A stretch of 64,000 nt of DNA, taken from the NCBI GenBank assembly GCA_026914245.1, contig CP110439.1:1116001-1180000 (forward strand), given 5' to 3'. A program made the translations under genes and the position numbers. The notes beneath the pieces were generated by a model. It saw only the letters and a list, made by a program, of their open reading frames with translations, had not been told where the DNA came from and made no database searches. Numbering within the stretch: position 1 is the first letter of the stretch; each line of letters begins with the position of its first letter. Of the stretch, positions 1-11,421 are shown in pieces. The stretch is from Puccinia triticina. Taxonomy: Eukaryota.

Positions 1-379
1 GGTGATGGAACAGCAAATAGCCGTTGAATAGGGTCAAATGAACCTGACCCCCGGTCTGCTGAGGCTTGGGTTGGGCGGCCAATTTGCCCTTGCGGTCGGT
101 CAACCCTTAAGTTTGCCCGTGGTTTGACTTGATGCGGATAGGTGGGGTGGTTGCAATGTTGACGGGGTCTTTGCCGGCTGACCGGAGGTCTGTTTTTCAA
201 CGGTCAAAGCTTGCTGGGCAAGGTACGTCAAATTGACCTCCTAACTTCCACCCTTTTTGCCGGCCTCCCGCAACCACCGTGCAGGGTTCCTGGAATTTTC
301 CAGTGGAAACGCCGACCGTCTGGCAACGGTCCCCACTTGCAGGCAGACCAACCATAATGGTTGGAAATAGAAATAATTT

Positions 380-811
380 TGTTGAGCTTTGCCCGTGGTG
401 TACCCTTCTGGGGCGTCGTGGATCCCCACGTCCCAATGGCGCCAAGGACCTGGCCCAATACCCGCGCATACTAGTACTACCCAAAAGCACTACACCACCG
501 GGCAATCTTGCAATGAAACTAGCTCAACGAACGAGGATGGTGAGTACGTGCGTGGAAGGATAAGTTTCATTGCAATGACAAGAGAAAAGAAAAAGAAAAA
601 GGAAAAGACTCACCTAGCTCAACGGACGAGGATGGTGAGTACGTGCGTGGAAGGATAAGTTTCATTGCAATGACAAGAGAAAAGAAAAAGAAAAAGGAAA
701 AGACTCACCTAGCTCAACGGACGAGGATGGTGAGTACGTGCGTGGAAGGATGAGGAAAGGGAACTTCCACGCACTTCCGTTGAGCTAGATGCCTACATAC
801 AACATGTCACA
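380..811 (-). mobile_element. LTR, probably the 5' LTR of an element running off the left edge; contains a 95-bp tandem unit
   Basis: TG...CA ends (tgttgagc...tgtcaca). Unit starts at 519, 614 and 709. On the minus strand CTAG|GTGAGT donors follow two of the units. No TSD, so not a solo LTR. Confidence 0.65.
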
Positions 812-1630
812 GAAATGAAGAAAGACAAGTGAAAGGTTGGAAGCACACAGGACAAAGAAAAACAGGAAAGAAAAGAAAACAGAACCGCAACAGGCAACTG
901 GGACATTGGCCCAACGTGTGCTTGGATGGTTGGGCTAACCAAACACTCTGGCTTGGTGACCAACGTGGGTCCACTGCAACCACAACATCCCCAAAGCGGA
1001 ATGGTGGGTCAAACGTTGGCACAACGGAGTCCCCCACCTTCACCCAACCATGTCCCAATTGTGACATTGCAGCTGTGCAGCCTGCTACCGGACAAAAAGT
1101 GTGGGTTGAACCCACAACCTCACCGCTATCCAAGGGTGTAAGCAAGGAGATTATCTGTTGCAACCAGGATAGAGCTAGCCTTTTGCGTACAAACTAGCCC
1201 AATTTCAGCCAATTGGCTGAATGTTTGAGGCTCTGCGCGAAGTCAAGGTGATTGGATGCCCCGATCATGCAGATCGTGGATTGGCTGGATAAACCAATCC
1301 CGTCCTGAAGAAATCTTGCAATGAGCACGAGCAGAGCAGAGGCGACTCCAACAAGAAACATTAGCCTCCACCCGAATCCGCGAACCTGCAGTAGCTGACC
1401 GACCCGGCGGGACTGAAGACTCAACCCTCGACGCTGTCAATATCAACCCCGCCACAAACCGTTTCGACATTCCACTGGTGGTTGGATCAGCACCAGCGTC
1501 CCTTCCATCAGGCCTGCAAATCTCCCCTACACATTATCCTCAAGAACCATCAGTCAACCCCTCCCTATTGATCCCCTCTTCTCCGAGTCCTCCCAAAGAC
1601 ATCCAACCAAAAAATCCCCCCAATAAGGAA

Positions 1631-2984
1631 ATGTCGGACGCTCCCGTCAACACTATCAAGTAGAATACGCAGCTTGAATGGCACGGGCCGAGGAAACGGC
1701 CGCTATCCGCGCAGCGCGGTTGGAGGACGCTTTTGCGAGACTACTCGAGGGACCCCTAACAACTGGACGCTCCCAGACGGTAGCAATAGACCATGTCAAA
1801 CATTGCTGTTTCAACAAATCTGACGCACCAAAGTACGTGGGCCCATACATGAACGTTGAGCCTTTTCTGGTGTGGATCAACGGTGTGGAAATCTTTTTCA
1901 CGTCTAAGGATTTCACAATGGATTGGGATAAAATCCTCATCATTGGACGCTTAATCTTGGAAACCAACTTGCTCTCGTTCTTTCAAGCTGAAGCCCAGAA
2001 GATGATCGCGCGGACCTGGCCTGAAGTCAAAGAAGATCTTTTTGAGGCAGTCCTCCCATTGCAGTGGCACACTACTACAGAAAAAGGTCTGATATCTGAA
2101 AATGCTTGCCTCTGAAACGTTCAGCCAGTACAAAACCCGTGCTCGGACGCTCCAATGGATGATCAATTTCAAACAACATTCCCTGTCCAACTTCCAACTT
2201 GCGGAGGGGATGGCGTTTGGACTCCCAACCAAATTGGAGAACGAAGTCAACAAACTGGATCTCCTCAAATGCAAAGAGTTTATCCGACGAGTGGGAAACT
2301 GCTATGACGCCCTCCCAAAGAAAACTTATTGCCCCAGGGCGGGAGCTGCCAACACATCATCACAACAAAACCCAAACATAGGCAATGTCCCCCGCGAAGA
2401 ATACATCTGGCAAATCCACTCATACCTAGACTCGGTGGGGAAATGCCACCACTGTAAACAATACTGCGGGAATGCAGCCGGGACTTGCCCAGGACCAGCC
2501 TACCGTGGACCCGTTGACATCCCCCCAACCTTTGAGGTGCCGCCCAAACCAGCGGAATATGTAGCACCACGGCGCAGGAACACAAGCAGGATTGGCGCAG
2601 CCGGGTTGACCAACAGGACGTCCAGCTGGGGTAGCAGCCGTTGCTGACGATGGAGAGGCACCACAGGAGGGATCGGCTGACATATACGACAACACTGACT
2701 TTGAGGAGTACCATGTGGCAGCCATTGCAACACTCAACGACATCAAATCATCACTTGCCGACAAGATGAACACCAGAATCCCCACACCGGATGACAACCC
2801 GTCGGCCTACATGGCAACCACAGAGATCCTTGATGCGGAGCACCACCTGTTCGCGGAAGGAGAGGCCTTAATTCTGGAGCACCCCGCATTCGACTCCTTG
2901 CTGCTCAATAGAGTAGAAGGGGAATTCTCCAAGGAAAATTATGAGGAATTTGGGTATGTACTCCCTTGTCTGCCTTGCCGCCGG
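1631..2984 (+). pseudogene. Frameshifted gag-like gene
   Basis: ORF pieces 1678-2115, 2102-2647 and 2715 onward. Motifs SDAPKY.GP..EPFL.WI and HSYLDSVGKCHHCKQYCGN are shared with the 745-aa ORF at 46162-48399. Confidence 0.8.
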
Positions 2985-3971
2985 TGTGAGAATGAAAGCT
3001 GGTTGGCTGGTGAAGAATGTCCGCTAACCGCCTCCTTCAAGAATATTGATGTCCGGGCTGTGTGATTGTCGGTAACTTGGCTCCGCACTGCTACTTTCCG
3101 CTAGCCTTCAGCGCTCCTCTACTGAGCCTGATCTATAGCGTAATAATCCGCAAGTGAATAAAGCTCCGCACATTGCAAGCACAATAATCCGCAAGTAACT
3201 CTTGAATAAGGATAAGAACACAGATAATCTCTCAATAACTCTTGTACGTCCGTAGTTGTAAGTACAAATGATGATGAGTGTAATCCATAATACGTTAGAT
3301 AAAAGATCATAATCCCCCCCTTTCTCAAAAAGAGAGCCAAAAAACCCTTTCCGTCCTCCCCTCCACACACATCGCCGTTCCCACCTGATCCCGCACTAGT
3401 CCGCCTACTCCGCCCGCTATCCCGCTTGTCACTTTCCCAGACTCTGCTCCTCTCCGACGCTTGCCCTCCCACCGTCCTCTGTCTAGCCCCCGTCAGTCGT
3501 TCTCTCGCCACCGCCTTCACCCCGGTTCCACCCGCTGATGGAACCCGCTCGAGCTGTCATGGCTCACCCGCGGACGCGCCGCTGCTACCAGTCCACGTGT
3601 GTAGTCCCGCCGCAGTCCAGCCCTGTCTTTTTCCGCTCCGATCCGGAATCCGCAATCCGTGATCCGCGATCCGCAATCCGTGCATTCCAATCCGCGCCTG
3701 ACTTTCCGTAAGCTTTCCTAGCGTGCTTTCCTGACCTCATCCTCAGTGCTTATGTCACCGGAATGCACCATGCCTGAGCGGCTTTGTGCATTCCCCGCCC
3801 GCGCTATCCCCGCGTGGACATTCTACCGTGCTCGCCTATATAAATCACCACATCCGCCTCAGTTTTGAAGTCCTGCCCCCAGGATCTTCCCACACATTCG
3901 CCTGCTCCCACACTCCTCATACATCCCCATACACATCATCCTCCTTTCCCACACATCTCTCCCCGCTCAAT

Positions 3972-5360
3972 ATGGTAGCTTGCAATTGCTGTACTCGACT
4001 CGGATTACCCTGCGTCTACTCCGGCGCTGGTCGTGCGTGTAACAACTGTAGGGATTCGAAACACCGCTGCTCTGCCTTCACTCCCAAATCCGACAGCTCC
4101 CGCAGAAACCGCAAATCTCAAAACCATCCACCGCCGTCTGGATCCCAAAGCTCTCGTGCGGAACGTTCCCCGTCTGTTATCTCGGTCAGTTCCCGCACCA
4201 AGTAGCCCTCCGCACACGGTGAAGATCTTATGACGCCGCCACCCAATCGTGCCAACTGCTCGAGCGCCAAAGAATACGTCCAACAAGCCCAGGTGTGGGC
4301 CCGTAAACACGGCGTCAACAGACCTTTAGTCAACGAGCGTCTCAAACGTCCTCAAGAACCCGCATCAACACCTGCTGCTGGACCTTCCTCGGCTGCCGCG
4401 CCTTCTCCCACTGCTGGTTCAAAGCGCCCCTCGGCAGATTCTACGGATCAATCCTCAAAGCGTCCATGCCCAGCCGGTTCTCAGACTCTGGGTCTTGCGG
4501 CCCGTCTTTCCGCTCGTCCACGTGACCCAACGCCAATCGTTCCTTCTCCAGAGCCCACATTTCCCCAGGCTCCCGGTAAGTAACTTTCCGCTTCTACTTG
4601 TTGAGCCGTCGCTAACCATTGACCGCTTTTTCCGCTCCAGCCACCCCAGCAAGGGACACCAAGATGGCACCTGAAGACTCGTCCCATACTCCTTCTGGCT
4701 CGCCGCCCAGCTCCCCGCAGTCCGTTCCGCATGCCGAAATCCCGCAAGCCAGAACCGCCCGCGCGGCCTCGATCCACACGTTGGAGTCCACGGACCCGCC
4801 TTCTCCGCCGGTTGATACCACTCCAAAAGCGCCTCGCCTCCTTGCCCCGTCAGCCGCTACTGTTCGCGCCGCATCTCCTGACTCTCCGACTCCACGCCCT
4901 CAAGCCTCGTTGGTACCCATCCACCTGCCGCGGACACCGAAGCTGCGTTGCTAAATCGACAACTCGCGGAAATCTCCCGCGACCTACGCGACACCTTCCC
5001 CGACAACCCCCTCTGGGAACAAGCCGTGTTCCCTGCCGCCGCCGTACTCGACTTCATAGGCGCCTTCCGCGAGATATGTACCGCGCTCTGCTCCACATCT
5101 CCGCAATAACACCCGCACAACGCCGCCGTAGGTACGCATTCTTCCTTGTTGGCATCAACCAGCTCGTCGAACGACTCGAGCTGGCCATTGTCGTTCCCGC
5201 CGACAAACGTACTCTACAAGCTCGACAGAACATGGAGGAAGCGTTATGGAACAAGCCGCACCCCGCACAACCCACCGCCGCAGACTATGACGCTCCTATC
5301 CCTGCGGAGCGCATTTGTACGGAGCGTACCCGCCGCTCCTCTGACTCCAGACTTCCCTAG
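3972..5360 (+). pseudogene. Antisense cargo gene with N-terminal Zn(II)2Cys6 cluster and one intron, degenerate
   Basis: MVACNCCTRLGLPCVYSGAGRACNNCRDSKHRC fits C-x2-C-x6-C-x8-C-x2-C-x6-C. Intron 4576-4640 (GTAAGT, GCTAAC, CAG) joins ORFs 4230-4583 and 4619-4954 in frame. Premature stop at 4203 and later frameshifts. Homologue at about 30960-32296. Confidence 0.75.
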
Positions 5361-5958
5361 CTTCCCTTTTTTTCCGCTTTGTCTTCTCTTTCTTTTGTCG
5401 TCTCCCCCTTGTATATAGCCCTATCCTGCGGAAACAATGCTCGTAATACACGCGCAGTCTATGTTCCGCACCCGGATAGTTTCCGCCTAGAGAGAGCTAC
5501 CAAGAATCCAAAGCAAAGTAAGCAAAAACAGAGGTCCGCCGTCCCGAAAAAAATATTTATAAGTGCCTGGACCGCCCCAGAATGAGAACCACTTAGTCCC
5601 CGCACTTCCTTTTTCCATTTTTATCCTTCTTCTTTTTTTTTTTTTTACCACCTTTTACCATACACCATCCAGAAAGAAACCGCAATCCATGAGAGAGAGA
5701 AACCAGAGAAAACGCAATCCACAAAAGAAAAACCAGAAAAGCCGCAATCCACGAGAGAGAAATTCCGCAAGGTACCTGGTCCGCCCCAGAAGGATTTTTC
5801 CGCACAAAATCCCCGTACCCCGCACCTAGAAATACAGATAGACAACAAGCCAGTGAAACGCATAACAAAAATGAAACCAAACTCTATAAGATAACGAACA
5901 TTCTGGGGTGGCTATGTAACCTGGCTGTAGACCAGATAGCGCACCCCCTCACCAATAA

Positions 5959-8900
5959 TCACTTGTGGCTTTTGCCTGCCACGGCTTTCCCCGCCCCAGC
6001 GTTTTTAGCGCTGTCCCCAGCGGTCCGCAAACGCCGACTCCGCCGCAACGGCGGAGGTGTCTGCTCCGCACCGTCCTCCTCCGACGCAGCTTCCGAACCG
6101 GAATCTTCGTCGCTAGCCGCCGCGCCCGTGCCCTCCGCACCCTCTGAGCTCGCTGAAGAAAAGGCGTCCTCAGGGACCCGAACCTCCTCCTCAGAGTCAT
6201 CCGATTCCGTGGTCTGATCGAAACCCGTAGAACCCCGTGCGTAAAACCGCTTGACATGCGTCGCCGCCGCCCGCCGCTTCAGAAGCGTCCCGTCCAGTTC
6301 CTCCAGCTGATAACTTCCACCAGGGAATTGCGACACAACGCAATAAGGACCATTCCACCGGTTAGCAAACAACTTGCCCCACTGAGACTCAAGGCTACGG
6401 TTGTAAAGAAGAACCAATTCCCCCTTGCGCAGAGAATCCCGCAAGCGATGAGAACACCGACGGTCCCAGTATTGGACCGCCTTAGCACGACTCTCCTTAA
6501 GGCGCGCCGCCGCCTTTGCGATAACTGAATCCTGCCGCAACAACTGCTCCGCTCGCGCCAAAAGCAAATCGTCCGCCGATTTAACTTTCCACCAATCCAC
6601 CGCCAGATACGTGAACATCTCTATATCTACCGGCAAGACCGGCTGGCACCCAAACAACATCTCGTACGGCAAATACCCCGTCGTCCGCTTAGTGGAAATC
6701 CGATCTGCGAACAAAACAGCGGGCAGATACTGCTGCCACTTCTTACCGTCCTCGCCACACAATTTCACCAGAGCGCTCTTTATCCGCTGATGGCCACGCT
6801 CAACCATTCCCGCACCTTCAGGGTAGTACTCTGTTACTTTGCCGAACTTGGCACTGCACAACTCCACCAATTTCCGCAAGCCGCCACGAAATTCTGCACC
6901 GCCGTCCACCGTGATGAGTCGCACACTCCCGAACCGCGCAAACCAGTCCTCTTCCAAAAACTGTTTGACTTTTGCCGCCGTAAGATTCACCAGAGGCCGC
7001 GCCTCCACCCAACCAGAAAGATCATCTCGCGCCACGATCAGGTACTTGAACTTCCCTGCCTTGATGTGCACCGCATCCATTGATATCCTACTAAATAGCG
7101 TGTCCGTTTCTGTAGGCTTCCCGATCTCTTTAGGCAAACGCTGACTACGCCTCTGGCATTGCTTGCAACTCCGCACCCATTGCTGCACACTCCTTGTAAC
7201 ACCCGGCCACCAAAACCGCGACTGAACTCTCCGTCTAGTTTCCGCTTTGCCTCGATGACCCAACTCCTCATGTAAACTCCGCAGGACAGCTTCCTGATCA
7301 ATGCGCCGAGTCACTACCACCAGTTGCACCGGTGAGCTCCGACGCCATAGTTGACCCTCATGCACAAAGAAATTCGCCGCTTTACGTTTGATCCAGCGAT
7401 GAACTGTCGGACCAATTCCCGCAGGATAACGAAGAGTCGTCAGGAACACCACCAAGTACTCATACCTCGGCGTCTGAGTCACTGGCAAGCCTCCACCCTC
7501 CTCCGCGACCGCGTCCTTCGCCATTCGCACGTCGAGAATCCGCCGCTCCACGTCCAGCTGTTCCGCCAGCGCGAATTGATCCTCATCGTCATCCAGGGGA
7601 ATGCGGGAAAGCGCGTCTGGCATTGTGAACGCCTTGCCCAGCACGTGCACCACTTCGAAAGAAAACAACTGCAAGAATGCCACCCACCTCGTCATTGGGG
7701 CATTAGGCAGCGACAGACAATTGATCATCCGCACCAACGCCTCCGCATCGACCAGTAATTCGAAATAGACGCCCCACAGTATGTGTTGCAATCTCCGCAC
7801 GATTTTTGCCACTCCGCACAGCTCCAACTTCGGCTGGGAATACCGCGACTCCACATCCGTAAATGTCACCAATTCATACAGCACGGGCCGATCCTTCCCG
7901 TCTTCTTCCTGGGTGAGTACTCCGCCCGCGCCAAATTCACTTGAGTCCACTGCCAAACGAATTCCGCTGCTATTGTAGTCGAGTTCCTTTAACAAGATCT
8001 TTCGGCCTACTATGTCTGTCAGGGCTCGTCTCTTATGTGACGTGGCTCTGATGGATTTTAAGTTCACGCTGTAGCGGCTTGGGCAGCGGCCAGCGGAGAT
8101 GGGGCCGCACTATAGCTCAAAGAGCCAGTGGGAATAAACCACACCTCGACGCTAGGTAGCGGAGGGGCTAGCTCCCTTACAAAAGTAAGGGGACACGGCG
8201 ATGACTCGAGCCGGCGCCGTAGCTTTAGAACAAAGAAGGATTATTTTCTAAGTTACAGGTGTGATAAAAATCACCTGTAACTAGAAAATGCACAAGTTGA
8301 AGGCAAAGAAGACTGTAGAGAGAAATAAGGTTAGTTTGATTATTATAAACCCCACTCACTATTGATTGTAGTAAGGTTGCCGGGTTTTTTATGTGTAATA
8401 ATATTGGGGGGAAATCTCTCCAGGGGAAAGATCCCCCCTTTTATATTACAGGATCAGCTCCCTCCTTTGAGTCAAGGTCCTGAGGGATCCTTAACTCGAA
8501 GGAGGAGTGAACACGGAATTCAGAAGGGGATTTACATAAATATGTATGTAATCACCCTATTTGTAAATATATTAAGCTTAATCAGGATAAATACACAGAG
8601 AGATAAGATTATCTCTCTCTGTATAAACAGATATGTAATCAATGTGAAATAAGATTAATTACATACTCAAAAGAGTGTGAAATAGGTACTAAATACATAA
8701 TAATAGTACATTGAAATAAAAGGTACATAATTCATGTAGTGACAGGGAATTGAACTCTTGACTTTATGTACATGAGTCAATCATTAAAGAAGTCTTTAAC
8801 CATTAGGCTATAAGACATGTACTCTGCATTGTAGACACATGGACTTAGTGTCTCAGTGTCTGACAATGTCCTTCAGCATTGCGAACGCCTCATCACACTC

Positions 8901-10160
8901 TTGGGTCCAGTTCCACTCCGCATTCTTACGTGTCAATCTCCGCATTGGACTCGCAATTTCCGCAAACCTCTCGATAAACATGCGCACAAAACTACATAAC
9001 CCAAGGAACTGCAGGATATGAGACGCCGTGCGTGGTTTTGGCCAATCCAGTATCTTGTTTCGCTTAGGTTCCGCGACCTGCTGTCCGTCTTTAGACACCT
9101 CGTGCCCTAGGACCTCCAGCGCCGGTACACAAACCGCAAACTTCTTTCCTGACACCGTAAGACCCGCTTCCTTGATCCAAAACAAAACCCACTCCAGCGC
9201 CACTGCATACTCCCAGATAAACCGACAAATATTAGGATTTTCCGCCAACGCCGCTCCGCCGTAATCACTCCTTGGTCCTTTCACGGCCGCATCATCAATA
9301 AATATTTGCGCCGTGTGAGGTAACTCGTCCTGAAGGATCCAGGACATCTGCTCCCGATACACCGCCACCAAATTGGTAGCCCCCTGCAGAAGCCGAGTAA
9401 GCTGCAAGCGCCCCAATTGTGTCTCAAACGCCGTCAGCGGCCTTGACTCCGCGTGCAATTCCCGCTGGTCGTATCCGCCCATTACGTCCACCAGACCATA
9501 GCAAACCCGCCCCGCCATAGTGTCAATGAATTCCTCTATGCGTGGTGGTAATCCAGCGTCCCGTATAGTGACCAAATTAAGCCGTTGCAAGTCGTGCACG
9601 ATCCGCAGACTCTTCTTGTCCTGCTTAATTACCGCAAAGATCGGACTAGAGTAACTGGAGCATGATTGCTCATACAACCCTGTCCGCAACCATCCCCGCA
9701 CCAGTTCCGTCATCTCCCCACAAATCGCCGCCGGTATAGGGATAGGCCGTATCTGCCATGGCTCATGCGGAACCGTGGGGATTTGATAAGGATCCCCAAT
9801 GCACCGCTTGAGTAAGCCCCGATCTTCCGGTCTGAATGACAACGCCTTCTCCCGCAACGTAATAGCTCCGGCCAATAAGTGAAACTCCTCCTCGTGGAGC
9901 CATTCCGGTGGCCCAAAGTTGAGACTGGCCATCCGTTCCGCCGTAATCCGCTTTGTCGGCTCAAACCTTGGCGGAACCCGATGCAGAGGAGTCTTGAACG
10001 GATCCCGGCTCCACTTGATCTCCCTCAATGGCGGGTTGAGCTCCTGCGGCATTGCTACGTTCCGCGGCCGCACCTTCCTCGCCACCGGTTTATACCTTCC
10101 ACCGTTGACCCGGCCCATTCTTGCTTCACCGTTGTCGCCGATTGTCCTAGCCACAATCAA
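5959..10160 (-). pseudogene. pol: pol (RT - RNase H - integrase), interrupted by the solo LTR at 8017-8865
   Basis: RT motifs LRIVHDLQRLN and IFIDD. RNase H AVDSSEFGAGGVL and YSQPKLEL. Integrase HEELGH...CKQC, D,D-E core and GPY motif. Removing the insert and one TSD joins MLKDI to VGRKILL. Confidence 0.92.
8017..8865 (-). mobile_element. Solo LTR (family T) containing a tRNA-like segment
   Basis: TGTCAG...CTGACA ends. 5-bp TSD ATGTC at 8012-8016 and 8866-8870. Homologous to 32370-33228 in inverted orientation. Confidence 0.9.
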
Positions 10161-11421
10161 ACCCCTGCGCGGACGTTATGGACTCCTGTCGGGTCTGAGC
10201 CGTGGCAGTCGGTTGAGGGGATGGTGCTGAGTGCTGCCCTCGTCGGTGGTCCTGCAAAAATATCGGGAATAGTCGAACAGAAGTGATAGCGGTTGGGGGG
10301 GGGGGATTTGTTTGAGAGGGAACGAGGGGATGGAATACCCTCGGCGGTTTGGTTGGATGGAAAAACTCAGAAAAGAAACTCGGCGGGAAGCCGACGCTGT
10401 CGTCGGAAACTCGGATAGTGCTCTAAAGAAATAAACTCGAGAAGCTCCGGTAATCAAAAACTCTGAAGTATGCGGGGCAGGATCTACACGGTCTGGGATC
10501 AATAAGCTCAAAACTCAAAAAGTGATGATATTCCTCGTGGTTCGGAGGTGGATACCATGCGGATCCTTCCTCCAAGTTCGGCTGAACTTGGATTCAGGCC
10601 GCGACATGCTGCGCGACGAGCCCTCGTGCCCGCCGCGCCCGTACAACTAAGATGAGCAGGGAAGAGAGAACAACCAAAAGAGACAACAACCAACAAACAA
10701 GGCCAAGAAAACAAACAAACCAAAAAAACCAAACCTCCTCCAACTCAAAACCTTCCAACGCGCGCAAGGTAGAAACCGGAAAGAAAGACATGTGTAAAAG
10801 AAAGGAAAATAGAGGAATCAAAAACAAAACAAACTAACAAAAAAAAAGAAAAGAAAAGAAAAGGAAGAAAGAAAGAAGAAAGGAAAAGGAAAGAAAGAGC
10901 CAGGACGGAGAGTTAGAGAAGGGGGAAAGATAGACCATGAAGAAAAGAAAATCCTGATACGTCTTGAGGATGCGGCGCCCGCCGCACGGTTGAGCCTTGA
11001 GATCTTGCCCGTGCATTTTCATCTTGAGTGCGCCCCAGAACTCCACAACGTCTCATTTTGCTCACGACCGTGGCACAATGGTAGGGTTTTGTAGAAAGCC
11101 GACTCGGAAGTGCATACTTGGGAGGACTTACTTGTACACTACTCGCCTCCGCCACGCAGTTCCCGGTTTCCGTACCAATTTTTCCGCCCTCATCCATTCC
11201 CGCTTTCCGCTTGTCACTCGTCCCTGTCGCAGAGTAACGGCTCACCACAGTGGCGCTGTGGTAGTGCTTTGATCCTTCCACACTCAGAGATGCACACGTT
11301 GGAAAGCTCACTTTGGTATTGGACTGCCTCGCCGTACTTCCGCCAATACCCTCCTGCTTCTTTAATGTCGACCGTCCAGGCTGAGTCAAAGCTCCCTCCG
11401 CCCGGATAGCTCGGCCAACAA

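Noticed and set aside
807..1470. Short ORFs between the first LTR and the gag-like gene
   Set aside because: No recognisable domain. Probably decayed retroelement internal sequence.
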